DNA from: the human T2T-CHM13v2.0 reference genome, Homo sapiens
Reading direction: 5' to 3' (one strand)
DNA length: 64,000 nt
Assembly: GCF_009914755.1 (NCBI RefSeq)
Contig: NC_060946.1
Shown: positions 1 through 13,290 of the stretch, one piece after another
Numbering within the stretch: position 1 is the stretch's first letter
How the letters are laid out: every line of letters begins with the position of its first letter
Position numbers and translations under genes: made by a program
The notes under the pieces: model-generated
Seen by the model: only the letters and a program-made list of their open reading frames with translations
Told to the model about the DNA's origin: nothing
The model's database searches: none

Positions 1-344
1 ATTCCCCTTTCCAACGAAATCCTGAAATCTATCCAAATATCCCCTCGCAGATTCTACAAAAAGAGTGTTTCAAAACTGCTCTGTAAAAAGAAAGGTTCAA
101 CTCTGTTAGTTGAGTACACACATCACAAACAAGTTTCACAGAATGCTTCTTTCTAGCTTGTAGGGGAAGATATTCCCTTTATCACCATGGGCCTCAAACC
201 GTCCGAAACGTCCACTTCCATATACTACAAAAAGAGCGTTTCAAACCTGCTCTATGAAAGGCAATGTTCAACTCTGTGACTTGAATGCAGACATCACAGA
301 GCAGTTTCTGAGAATGCTTCTGTCTAGATTTTATAGGAAGATAT

Positions 345-361
345 TCCCGTTTCCAGCGAAA
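345..361 (-). promoter_or_regulatory. CENP-B box (core intact, non-core variant); this position recurs in each HOR
   Basis: tcccgtttccagcgaaa; the reverse complement matches NTTCGNNNNANNCGGGN. Confidence 0.9.
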
Positions 362-686
362 TCTTCACAGCTATCCAAATATCCACTTGCAGATTCTACA
401 AAAAGAGTGTATCAAAACTGCTCTGTCAAAAGGAAGGTTCTTCTCTGTTAGGTGAGTGCATACGTCATAAAGGAGTTTCTGAGAATGTTTCTGTCTAGTG
501 GTTATGGGAAGATATTTGCTTTTTCACCGTAGGCCTCAGAGCGCTCCAAATATCCACTTGCACATTCTACAAAAAGAGTGTTTCAAAGCTGCTCTCTGAA
601 ACGGAATGTTCAACTCTATGAGTTGAATGCAAACATCACAAAGACGTTTCTGAGAATGCTTCTGTCTAGATTTGATATGAAGATAT

Positions 687-703
687 TCCCGTTTCCAACG
701 AAA
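687..703 (-). promoter_or_regulatory. CENP-B box (intact); this position recurs in each HOR
   Basis: tcccgtttccaacgaaa is the reverse complement of TTTCGTTGGAAACGGGA. Confidence 0.95.
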
Positions 704-1024
704 TCTTCAAATCTATCCAAATGTCCACTTGCAGATTCAACAAAAAGTGTTTTTCAGAACTGCTCTATCAAAAGAAAGATCCACGTGTGTTAGCTGAGTT
801 CACACATCACAAACAAGTTTATGAGAATGCTTCTGTCTAGTTTTTATTTGAAGATGTTTCCTTTCTCACCATAGACCTGAAAGCTGTCCTAATGTTCACT
901 TCCAGATACTACAGAAAGAGTGTTTCAAAACTGCTGTACGAAAGGGAATGTTCAACTCTGTGACTTGAATGCACACATCACAAAGAAGTTTCTGAGGATG
1001 CTGCTGTCTACTTTTTATACGTAA

Positions 1025-1041
1025 TCCCGTTTCCAACGAAA
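1025..1041 (-). promoter_or_regulatory. CENP-B box (intact) in the shortened monomer; recurs in each HOR except the 6-mer
   Basis: tcccgtttccaacgaaa preceded by tatacgtaa. Confidence 0.95.
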
Positions 1042-1195
1042 TCCTCCAAGCTATCCAAATATCCACTTGCAGATTCCACAGAAAGACTGTTTCAAAACTG
1101 CTATGTCAATAGAAAAGTTCAACTCTGTTAGCTGTGTGCATATATCCCAAAGAAAATTCTGAGATTGCTTCTGTCTAGTTTTTATGGGAAGATAT

Positions 1196-1212
1196 TTCCC
1201 TTTTCACCGTAG
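1196..1212 (-). promoter_or_regulatory. pJalpha-like (A-box) motif of A-type monomers
   Basis: ttcccttttcaccgtag (reverse complement CTACGGTGAAAAGGGAA) at the position homologous to the CENP-B box in alternate monomers. Confidence 0.7.
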
Positions 1213-1366
1213 GCGTCAAGGCGCTCCAAATGTCCACTTCCAGATACTACAAAAAGAGTGTTTCAAACCTACTCTGTGAAAGGGAATATTCAACTCTGTG
1301 ACTTGAAGGCAGATATCACAAAGAAGTTTCTGAGAATGCTTCTGTCGAGATTTTATATGAAGATAT

Positions 1367-1383
1367 TCCCCTTTCCAACGAAA
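1367..1383 (-). promoter_or_regulatory. Polymorphic CENP-B box position, here broken
   Basis: tcccctttccaacgaaa: the CGGG core is changed to GGGG on the minus strand. The intact allele is seen at e.g. 5453, 13291 and 16190. Confidence 0.9.
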
Positions 1384-1599
1384 TCCTGAAATCTATCCAA
1401 ATATCCCCTCGCAGATTCTACAAAAAGAGTGTTTCAAAACTGCTCTGTAAAAAGAAAGGTTCAACTCTGTTAGTTGAGTACACACATCACAAACAAGTTT
1501 CACAGAATGCTTCTTTCTAGCTTGTAGGGGAAGATATTCCCTTTATCACCATGGGCCTCAAACCGTCCGAAACGTCCACTTCCATATACTACAAAAAGA

Positions 1600-4500
1600 G
1601 TGTTTCAAACCTGCTCTATGAAAGGCAATGTTCAACTCTGTGACTTGAATGCAGACATCACAGAGCAGTTTCTGAGAATGCTTCTGTCTACATTTTATAG
1701 CAAGATATTCCCGTTTCCAACGAAATCTTCACAGGTATCCAAATATCCACTTGCAGATTCTACAAAAAGAGTGTATCAAAACTGCTCTGTCAAAAGGAAG
1801 GTTCTTCTCTGTTAGGTGAGTGCATACGTCATAAAGGAGTTTCTGAGAATGTTTCTGTCTAGTGGTTATGGGAAGATATTTGCTTTTTCACCGTAGGCCT
1901 CAGAGCGCTCCAAATATCCACTTGCACATACTACAAAAAGAGTGCATCAAAGCTGCTCTCTGAAACGGAATGTTCAACTCTATGAGTTGAATGCAAACAT
2001 GACAAAGACGTTTCTGAGAATGCTTCTGTCTAGATTTGATATGAAGATATTCCCGTTTCCAACGAAATCTTCAAATCTATCCAAATGTCCACTTGCAGAT
2101 TCAACAAAGTGTTTTTCAGAACTGCTCTATCAAAAGAAAGATCCACCTCTGTTAGCTGAGTTCACACTTCAAAAACAAGTTTATCAGAATGCTTCTGTCT
2201 AGTTTTTATTTGAAGATATATCCTTTCTCACTATAGACCTGAAAGCTGTCCTAATGTTCACTTCCAGATACTACAGAAAGAGTGTTTCAAAACTGCTGTA
2301 CGAAAGGGAATGTTCAACTCTGTGACTTGAATGCACACATCACAAAGTAGTTTCTGAGGATGCTGCTGTCTACTTTTTGTACGTAATCCCGTTTCCAAGG
2401 AAATCCTCCAAGCTATCCAAATATCCACTTGCAGATTCCACAGAAAGACTGTTTCAAAACTGCTCTGTCAATAGAAAGGTTCAACTCTCTTAGTTGCGTG
2501 CATATATCCCAAAGAAGATTCTGAGATTGCTTCTGTCTTGTTTTTATGGGAAGATATTTCCCTTTTCACCGTAGGTGTCAAGGCGCTCCAAATGTCCACT
2601 TCCAGATACTACAGAAAGAGTGTTTCAAACCTACTCTGTGAAAGGGAATATTCAACTCTGTGACTTGAAGGCAGATATCACAAAGAAGTTTCTGAGAATG
2701 CTTCTGTCCAGATTTTATATGAAGATATTCCCCTTTCCAACGAAATCCTGAAATCTATCCAAATATCCCCTCGCAGATTCTACAAAAAGAGTGTTTCAAA
2801 ACTGCTCTGTAAAAAGAAAGGTTCAACTCTGTTAGTTGAGTACACACATCACAAACAAGTTTCACAGAATGCTTCTTTCTAGCTTGTAGGGGAAGATATT
2901 CCCTTTATCACCATGGGCCTCAAACCGTCCGAAACGTCCACTTCCATATACTACAAAAAGAGCGTTTCAAACCTGCTCTATGAAAGGCAATGTTCAACTC
3001 TGTGACTTGAATGCAGACATCACAGAGCAGTTTCTGAGAATGCTTCTGTCTAGATTTTATAGGAAGATATTCCCGTTTCCAACAAAATCTTCACAGCTAT
3101 CCAAATATCCACTTGCAGATTCTACAAAAAGAGTGTATCAAAACTGCTCTGTCAAAAGGAAGGTTCTTCTCTGTTAGGTGAGTGCATACGTCATAAAGGA
3201 GTTTCTGAGAATGTTTCTGTCTAGTGGTTATGGGAAGATATTTGCTTTTTCACCGTAGGCCTCAGAGCGCTCCAAATATCCACTTGCACATACTACAAAA
3301 AGAGTGTTTCAAAGCTGCTCTCTGAAAGGGAATGTTCAACTCTATGAGTTGAATGCAAACATGACAAAGACGTTTCTGAGAATGCTTCTGTCTAGATTTG
3401 ATATGAAGATATTCCCGTTTCCAAAGAAATCTTCAAATCTATCCAAATGTCCACTTGCAGATTCAACAAAGTGTTTTTCAGAACTGCTCTATCAAAAGAA
3501 AGATCCACCTCTGTTAGCTGAGATCACACTTCACAAACAAGTTTATCAGAATGCTTCTGTCTAGCTTTTATTTGAAGATATATCCTTTCTCACTATAGAC
3601 CTGAAAGCTCTCCTAAAGTTCACTTCCAGATACTACAGAAAGAGTGTTTCAAAACTGCTGTATGAAAGGGAATGTTCAACTCTGTGACTTGAATGCACAC
3701 ATCACAAGGATGTTTCTGAGGATGCTGCTGTCTACTTTTTATACGTAATCCCGTTTCCAACGAAATCCTCCAAGCTATCCAAATATCCACTTGCAGATTC
3801 CACAGAAAGACTGTTTCAAAACTGCTCTGTCAATAGAAAGTTTCAACTCTATTAGCTGCGTACATATATCCCAAAGAAGATTCTGAGATTGCTTCTGTCT
3901 AGTTTTTATGGGAAGATATTTCCCTTTTCACCGTAGGTGTCAAGGCGCTCCAAATGTCCACTTCCAGATACTACAAAAAGAGTGTTTCAAACCTACTCTG
4001 TGAAAGGGAATATTCAACTCTGTGACTTAAAGGCAGATATCACAAAGAAGTTTCTGAGAATGCTTCTGTCGAGATTTTATATGAAGATATTCCCCTTTCC
4101 AACGAAATCCTGAAATCTATCCAAATATCCCCTCGCAGATTCTACAAAAAGAGTGTTTCAAAACTGCTCTGTAAAAAGAAAGGTTCAACTCTGTTAGTTG
4201 AGTACACACATCACAAACAAGTTTCACAGAATGCTTCTTTCTAGCTTGTAGGGGAAGATATTCCCTTTATCACCATGGGCCTCAAACCGTCCGAAACGTC
4301 CACTTCCATATACTACAAAAAGAGTGTTTCAAACCTGCTCTATGAAAGGCAATGTTCAACTCTGTGACTTGAATGCAGACATCACAGAGCAGTTTCTGAG
4401 AATGCTTCTGTCTAGATTTTATAGGAAGATATTCCCGTTTCCAACGAAATCTTCACAGGTATCCAAATATCCACTTGCAGATTCTACAAAAAGAGTGTAT

Positions 4501-7500
4501 CAAAACTGCTCTGTCAAAAGGAAGGTTCTTCTCTGTTAGGTGAGTGCATACGTCATAAAGGAGTTTCTGAGAATGTTTCTGTCTAGTGGTTATGGGAAGA
4601 TATTTGCTTTTTCACCGTAGGCCTCAGAGCGCTCCAAATATCCACTTGCACATACTACAAAAAGAGTGCTTCAAAGCTGCTCTCTGAAACGGAATGTTCA
4701 ACTCTATGAGTTGAATGCAAACATGACAAAGACGTTTCTGAGAATGCTTCTGTCTAGATTTGATATGAAGATATTCCCGTTTCCAACGAAATCTTCAAAT
4801 CTATCCAAATGTCCACTTGCAGATTCAACAAAGTGTTTTTCAGAACTGCTCTATCAAAAGAAAGATCCACCTCTGTTAGCTGAGTTCACACTTCACAAAC
4901 AAGTTTATCAGAATGCTTCTGTCTAGTTTTTATTTGAAGATATATCCTTTCTCACTATAGACCTGAAAGCTGTCCTAATGTTCACTTCCAGATACTACAG
5001 AAAGAGTGTTTCAAAACTGCTCTACGAAAGGGAATGTTCAACTCTGTGACTTGAATGCACACATCACAAAGTAGTTTCTGAGGATGCTGCTGTCTACTTT
5101 TTATACGTAATCCCGTTTCCAAGGAAATCCTCCAAGCTATCCAAATATCCACTTGCAGATTCCACAGAAAGACTGTTTCAAAACTGCTATGTCAATAGAA
5201 AGGTTCAACTCTGTTAGCTGCGTGCATATATCCCAAAGAAGATTCTGAGATTGCTTCTGTCTAGTTTTTATGGGAAGATATTTCCCTTTTCACCGTAGGT
5301 GTCAAGGCGCTCCAAATGTCCACTTCCAGATACTACAAAAAGAGTGTTTCAAACCTACTCTGAGAAAGGGAATATTCAACTCTGTGACTTGAAGGCAGAT
5401 ATCACAAAGAAGTTTCTGAGAATGCTTCTGTCAAGATTTTATATGAAGATATTCCCGTTTCCAACGAAATCCTGAAATCTATCCAAATATCCCCTCGCAG
5501 ATTCTACAAAAAGAGTGTTTCAAAACTGCTCTGTAAAAAGAAAGGTTCAACTCTGATAGTTGAGTACACACATCACAAACAAGTTTCACAGAATGCTTCT
5601 TTCTAGCTTGTAGGGGAAGATATTCCCTTTATCACCATGGGCCTCAAACCGTCCGAAACGTCCACTTCCATATACTACAAAAAGAGCGTTTCAAACCTGC
5701 TCTATGAAAGGCAATGTTCAACTCTGTGACTTGAATGCAGACATCACAGAGCAGTTTCTGAGAAAGCTTCTGTCTAGATTTTATAGGAAGATATTCCCGT
5801 TTCCAACAAAATCTTCACAGCTATCCAAATATCCACTTGCAGATTCTACAAAAAGAGTGTATCAAAACTGCTCTGTCAAAAGGAAGGTTCTTCTCTGTTA
5901 GGTGAGTGCATACGTCATAAAGGAGTTTCTGAGAATGTTTCTGTCTAGTGGTTATGGGAAGATATTTGCTTTTTCACCGTAGGCCTCAGAGCGCTCCAAA
6001 TATCCACTTGCACATACTACAAAAAGAGTGTTTCAAAGCTGTTCTCTGAAAGGGAATGTTCAACTCTATGAGTTGAATGCAAACATGACAAAGACGTTTC
6101 TGAGAATGCTTCTGTCTAGATTTCATATGAAGATATTCCTGTTTCCAAAGAAATCTTCAAATCTATCCAAATGTCCACTTGCAGATTCAACAAAGTGTTT
6201 TTCAGAACTGCTCTATCAAAAGAAAGATCCACCTCTGTTAGCTGAGATCACACTTCACAAACAAGTTTATCAGAATGCTTCTGTCTAGTTTTTATTTGAA
6301 GATATATCCTTTCTCACTATAGACCTGAAAGCTCTCCTAAAGTTCACTTCCAGATACTACAGAAAGAGTGTTTCAAAACTGCTGTACGAAAGGGAATGTT
6401 CAACTCTGTGACTTGAATGCACACATCACAAGGATGTTTCTGAGGATGCTGCTGTCTACTTTTTATACGTAATCCCGTTTCCAACGAAATCCTCCAAGCT
6501 ATCCAAATATCCACTTGCAGATTCCACAGAAAGACTGTTTCAAAACTGCTCTGTCAATAGAAAGGTTCAACTCTATTAGCTGCGTACATATATCCCGAAA
6601 AAGATTCTGAGATTGCTTCTGTCTAGTTTTTATGGGAAGATATTTCCCTTTTCACCGTAGGTGTCAAGGCGCTCCAAATGTCCACTTCCAGATACTACAA
6701 AAAGAGTGTTTCAAACCTACTCTGTGAAAGGGAATATTCAACTCTGTGACTTAAAGGCAGATATCACAAAGAAGTTTCTGAGAATGCTTCTGTCGAGATT
6801 TTATATGAAGATATTCCCCTTTCCAACGAAATCCTGAAATCTATCCAAATATCCCCTCGCAGATTCTACAAAAAGAGTGTTTCAAAACTGCTCTGTAAAA
6901 AGAAAGGTTCAACTCTGTTAGTTGAGTACACACATCACAAACAAGTTTCACAGAATGCTTCTTTCTAGCTTGTAGGGGAAGATATTCCCTTTATCACCAT
7001 GGGCCTCAAACCGTCCGAAACGTCCACTTCCATATACTACAAAAAGAGTGTTTCAAACCTGCTCTATGAAAGGCAATGTTCAACTCTGTGACTTGAATGC
7101 AGACATCACAGAGCAGTTTCTGAGAATGCTTCTGTCTAGATTTTATACGAAGATATTCCCGTTTCCAACGAAATCTTCACAGCTATCCAAATATCCACTT
7201 GCAGATTCTACAAAAAGAGTGTATCAAAACTGCTCTGTCAAAAGGAAGGTTCTTCTCTGTTAGGTGAGTGCATACGTCATAAAGGAGTTTCTGAGAATGT
7301 TTCTGTCTAGTGGTTATGGGAAGATATTTGCTTTTTCACCGTAGGCCTCAGAGCGCTCCAAATATCCACTTGCACATACTACAAAAAGAGTGCTTCAAAG
7401 CTGCTCTCTGAAACGGAATGTTCAACTCTATGAGTTGAATGCAAACATGACAAAGACGTTTCTGAGAATGCTTCTGTCTAGATTTGATATGAAGATATTC

Positions 7501-9770
7501 CCGTTTCCAACGAAATCTTCAAATCTATCCAAATGTCCACTTGCAGATTCAACAAAGTGTTTTTCAGAACTGCTCTATCAAAAGAAAGATCCACCTCTGT
7601 TAGCTGAGTTCACACTTCACAAACAAGTTTATCAGAATGCTTCTGTCTAGTTTTTATTTGAAGATATATCCTTTCTCACTATAGACCTGAAAGCTGTCCT
7701 AATGTTCACTTCCAGATACTACAGAAAGAGTGTTTCAAAACTGCTGTACGAAAGGGAATGTTCAACTCTGTGACTTGAATGCACACATCACAAAGTAGTT
7801 TCTGAGGATGCTGCTGTCTACTTTTTATACGTAATCCCGTTTCCAAGGAAATCATCCAAGCTATCCAAATATCCACTTGCAGATTCCACAGAAAGACTGT
7901 TTCAAAACTGCTCTGTCAATAGAAAGGTTCAACTCTGTTAGCTGCGTGCATATATCCCAAAGAAGATTCTGAGATTGCTTCTGTCTAGTTTTTATGGGAA
8001 GATATTTCCCTTTTCACCGTAGGTGTCAAGGCGCTCCAAATGTCCACTTCCAGATACTACAAAAAGAGTGTTTCAAACCTACTCTGAGAAAGGGAATATT
8101 CAACTCTGTGACTTGAAGGCAGATATCACAAAGAAGTTTCTGAGAATGCTTCTGTCCAGATTTTATATGAAGATATTCCCCTTTCCAACGAAATCCTGAA
8201 ATCTATCCAAATATCCCCTCGCAGATTCTACAAAAAGAGTGTTTCAAAACTGCTCTGTAAAAAGAAAGGTTCAACTCTGTTAGTTGAGTACACACATCAC
8301 AAACAAGTTTCACAGAATGCTTCTTTCTAGCTTGTAGGGGAAGATATTCCCTTTATCACCATGGGCCTCAAACCGTCCGAAACGTCCACTTCCATATACT
8401 ACAAAAAGAGCGTTTCAAACCTGCTCTATGAAAGGCAATGTTCAACTCTGTGACTTGAATGCAGACATCACAGAGCAGTTTCTGAGAATGCTTCTGTCTA
8501 GATTTTATAGGAAGATATTCCCGTTTCCAACAAAATCTTCACAGCTATCCAAATATCCACTTGCAGATTCTACAAAAAGAGTGTATCAAAACTGCTCTGT
8601 CAAAAGGAAGGTTCTTCTCTGTTAGGTGAGTGCATACGTCATAAAGGAGTTTCTGAGAATGTTTCTGTCTAGTGGTTATGGGAAGATATTTGCTTTTTCA
8701 CCGTAGGCCTCAGAGCGCTCCAAATATCCACTTGCACATACTACAAAAAGAGTGTTTCAAAGCTGCTCTCTGAAAGGGAATGTTCAACTCTATGAGTTGA
8801 AGGCAAACATGACAAAGACGTTTCTGAGAATGCTTCTGTCTAGATTTGATATGAAGATATTCCCGTTTCCAACGAAATCTTCAAATCTATCCAAATGTCC
8901 ACTTGCAGATTCAACAAAGTGTTTTTCAGAACTGCTCTATCAAAAGAAAGATCCACCTCTGTTAGCTGAGATCACACTTCACAAACAAGTTTATCAGAAT
9001 GCTTCTGTCTAGTTTTTATTTGAAGATATATCCTTTCTCACTATAGACCTGAAAGCTCTCCTAAAGTTCACTTCCAGATACTACAGAAAGAGTGTTTCAA
9101 AACTGCTGTACGAAAGGGAATGTTCATCTCTGTGACTTGAATGCACACATCACAAGGATGTTTCTGAGGATGCTGCTGTCTACTTTTTATACGTAATCCC
9201 GTTTCCAACGAAATCCTCCAAGCTATCCAAATATCCACTTGCAGATTCCACAGAAAGACTGTTTCAAAACTGCTCTGTCAATAGAAAGGTTCAACTCTAT
9301 TAGCTGCGTACATATATCCCAAAGAAGATTCTGAGATTGCTTCTGTCTAGTTTTTATGGGAAGATATTTCCCTTTTCACCGTAGGTCTCAAGGGGCTCCA
9401 AATGTCCACTTCCAGATACTACAAAAAGAGTGTTTCAAACCTACTCTGTGAAAGGGAATATTCAACTCTGTGACTTAAAGGCAGATATCACAAAGAAGTT
9501 TCTGAGAATGCTTCTGTCGAGATTTTATATGAAGATATTCCCCTTTCCAACGAAATCCTGAAATCTATCCAAATATCCCCTCGCAGATTCTACAAAAAGA
9601 GTGTTTCAAAACTGCTCTGTAAAAAGAAAGGTTCAACTCTGTTAGTTGAGTACACACATCACAAACAAGTTTCACAGAATGCTTCTTTCTAGCTTGTAGG
9701 GGAAGATATTCCCTTTATCACCATGGGCCTCAAACCGTCCGAAACGTCCACTTCCATATACTACAAAAAG
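1600..9770 (-). repeat. Three tandem copies of a 2-HOR (2724 bp, 16-monomer) super-unit
   Basis: Alternating variants: caaagtagtt and ttccaaggaa near 2345/5069/7793; ccaacaaaat near 3080/5804/8528; period 2724. Confidence 0.85.
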
Positions 9771-10902
9771 AGTGTTTCAAACCTGCTCTATGAAAGGCAA
9801 TGTTCAACTCTGTGACTTGAATGCAGACATCACAGAGCAGTTTCTGAGAATGCTTCTGTCTAGATTTTATAGGAAGATATTCCCGTTTCCAACGAAATCT
9901 TCACAGGTATCCAAATATCCACTTGCAGATTCTACAAAAAGAGTGTATCAAAACTGCTCTGTCAAAAGGAAGGTTCTTCTCTGTTAGGTGAGTGCATACG
10001 TCATAAAGGAGTTTCTGAGAATGTTTCTGTCTAGTGGTTATGGGAAGATATTTGCTTTATCACCGTAGGCCTCAGAGCGCTCCAAATATCCGCTTGCACA
10101 TACTACAAAAAGAGTGCTTCAAAGCTGCTCTCTGAAACGGAATGTTCAACTCTATGAGTTGAATGCAAACATCACAAAGACGTTTCTGAGAATGCTTCTG
10201 TCTAGATTTGATATGAAGATATTCCCGTTTCCAACGAAATCTTCAAATCTATCCAAATGTCCACTTGCAGATTCAACAAAAAGTGTTTTTCAGAACTGCT
10301 CTATCAAAAGAAAGATCCACGTGTGTTAGCTGAGTTCACACATCACAAACAAGTTTATGAGAATGCTTCTGTCTAGTTTTTATTTGAAGATGTTTCCTTT
10401 CTCACCATAGACCTGAAAGCTGTCCTAATGTTCACTTCCAGATACTACAGAAAGAGTGTTTCAAAACTGCTGTACGAAAGGGAATGTTCAACTCTGTGAC
10501 TTGAATGCACACATCACAAAGAAGTTTCTGAGGATGCTGCTGTCTACTTTTTATACGTAATCCCGTTTCCAACGAAATCCTCCAAGCTATCCAAATATCC
10601 ACTTGCAGATTCCACAGAAAGACTGTTTCAAAACTGCTATGTCAATAGAAAAGTTCAACTCTGTTAGCTGTGTGCATATATCCCAAAGAAAATTCTGAGA
10701 TTGCTTCTGTCTAGTTTTTATGGGAAGATATTTCCCTTTTCACCGTAGGCGTCAAGGCGCTCCAAATGTCCACTTTCAGATACTACAAAAAGAGTGTTTC
10801 AAACCTACTCTGTGAAAGGGAATATTCAACTCTGTGACTTGAATGCAGATATCACAAAGAAGTTTCTGAGAATGCTTCTGTCGAGATTTTATATGAAGAT
10901 AT

Positions 10903-11928
10903 TCCCCTTTCCAACGAAATCCTGAAATCTATCCAAATATCCCCTCGCAGATTCTACAAAAAGAGTGTTTCAAAACTGCTCTGTAAAAAGAAAGGTTCAA
11001 CTCTGTTAGTTGAGTACACACATCACAAACAAGTTTCACAGAATGCTTCTTTCTAGCTTGTAGGGGAAGATATTCCCTTTATCGCCATGGGCCTCAAACC
11101 GTCCGAAACGTCCACTTCCATATACTACAAAAAGAGTGTTTCAAACCTGCTCTATGAAAGGCAATGTTCAACTCTGTGACTTGAATGCAGACATCACAGA
11201 GCAGTTTCTGAGAATGCTTCTGTCTAGATTTTATAGGAAGATATTCCCGTTTCCAACGAAATCTTCACAGGTATCCAAATATCCACTTGCAGATTCTACA
11301 AAAAGAGTGTATCAAAACTGCTCTGTCAAAAGGAAGGTTCTTCTCTGTTAGGTGAGTGCATACGTCATAAAGGAGTTTCTGAGAATGTTTCTGTCTAGTG
11401 GTTATGGGAAGATATTTGCTTTTTCACCGTAGGCCTCAGAGCGCTCCAAATATCCACTTGCACATACTACAAAAAGAGTGCTTCAAAGCTGCTCTCTGAA
11501 ACGGAATGTTCAACTCTATGAGTTGAATGCAAACATCACAAAGACGTTTCTGAGAATGCTTCTGTCTAGATTTGATATGAAGATATTCCCGTTTCCAACG
11601 AAATCTTCAAATCTATCCAAATGTCCTCTTGCAGATTCAACAAAAAGTGTTTTTCAGAACTGCTCTATCAAAAGAAAGATCCACGTGTGTTAGCTGAGTT
11701 CACACATCACGAACAAGTTTATGAGAATGCTTCTGTCTAGTTTTTATTTGAAGATATTTCCTTTCTCACCATAGACCTGAAAGCTGTCCTAATGTTCACT
11801 TCCAGATACTACAGAAAGAGAGTTTCAAAACTGCTGTACGAAAGGGAATGTTCAACTCTGTGACTTGAATGCACACATCACAAAGAAGTTTCTGAGAATG
11901 CTTCTGTCGAGATTTTATATGAAGATAT
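10903..11928 (-). repeat. 6-mer HOR structural variant (338 bp, two-monomer deletion)
   Basis: Marker spacing is 1026 instead of 1364. Hybrid junction gcacacatcacaaagaagtttctgag|aatgcttctgtcgag at 11871-11911. Confidence 0.95.
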
Positions 11929-13290
11929 TCCCCTTTCCAACGAAATCCTGAAATCTATCCAAATATCCCCTCGCAGATTCTACAAAAAGAGTGTTTCAAA
12001 ACTGCTCTGTAAAAAGAAAGGTTCAACTCTGTTAGTTGAGTACACACATCACAAACAAGTTTCACAGAATGCTTCTTTCTAGCTTGTAGGGGAAGATATT
12101 CCCTTTATCACCATGGGCCTCAAACCGTCCGAAACGTCCACTTCCATATACTACAAAAAGAGCGTTTCAAACCTGCTCTATGAAAGGCAATGTTCAACTC
12201 TGTGACTTGAATGCAGACATCACAGAGCAGTTTCTGAGAATGCTTCTGTCTAGATTTTATAGGAAGATATTCCCGTTTCCAACGAAATCTTCGCAGCTAT
12301 CCAAATATCCACTTGCAGATTCTACAAAAAGAGTGTATCAAAACTGCTCTGTCAAAAGGAAGGTTCTTCTCTGTTAGGTGAGTGCATACGTCATAAAGGA
12401 GTTTCTGAGAATGTTTCTGTCTAGTGGTTGTGGGAAGATATTTGCTTTTTCACCGTAGGCCTCAGAGCGCTCCAAATATCCACTTGCACATACTACAAAA
12501 AGAGTGTTTCAAAGCTGCTCTCTGAAAGGGAATGTTCAAATCTATGAGTTGAATGCAAACATGACAAAGACGTTTCTGAGAATGCTTCTGTCTAGATTTG
12601 ATATGAAGATATTCCCGTTTCCAACGAAATCTTCAAATCTATCCAAATGTCCACTTGCAGATTCAACAAAGTGTTTTTCAGAACTGCTCTATCAAAAGAA
12701 AGATCCACCTCTGTTAGCTGAGATCACACTTCACAAACAAGTTTATCAGAATGCTTCTGTCTAGTTTTTATTTGAAGATATATCCTTTCTCACTATAGAC
12801 CTGAAAGCTGTCCTAAAGTTCACTTCCAGATACTACAGAAAGAGTGTTTCAAAACTGCTGTACGAAAGGGAATGTTCAACTCTGTGACTTGAATGCACAC
12901 ATCACAAGGATGTTTCTGAGGATGCTGCTGTCTAATTTTTATACGTAATCCCGTTTCCAACGAAATCCTCCAAGCTATCCAAATATCCACTTGCAGATTC
13001 CACAGAAAGACTGTTTCAAAACTGCTCTGTCAATAGAAAGGTTCAACTCTATTAGCTGCGTACATATATCCCAAAGAAGATTCTGAGATTGCTTCTGTCT
13101 AGTTTTTATGGGAAGATATTTCCCTTTTCACCGTAGGTGTCAAGGCGCTCCAAATGTCCACTTCCAGATACTACAAAAAGAGTGTTTCAAACCTACTCTG
13201 TGAAAGGGAATATTCAACTCTGTGACTTAAAGGCAGATATCACAAAGAAGTTTCTGAGAATGCTTCTGTCGAGATTTTATATGAAGATAT

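Larger units (their letters stand above)
3..1366 (-). repeat. Representative 1364 bp 8-mer HOR unit; SF2-type dimeric structure, probably S2C14/22H1L (D14Z9/D22Z1)
   Basis: Box-to-box spacing is 342+342+338+342 = 1364. One monomer is 4 bp short (tatacgtaatcccg). B-box monomers alternate with pJalpha-like monomers. XbaI sites at 323 and 665, TaqI at 1345, NcoI at 186. The chr14/22 identity is inferred from unit length, dimeric structure and recalled sequence, not from a database search. Confidence 0.75.

Noticed and set aside
782-787. E-box cacgtg and other short palindromes (ccatgg, tacgta, agcgct, aggcct) as regulatory or cruciform sites
   Set aside because: 6-mers are expected by chance and are multiplied by the repeat; there is no extended dyad or other supporting evidence.
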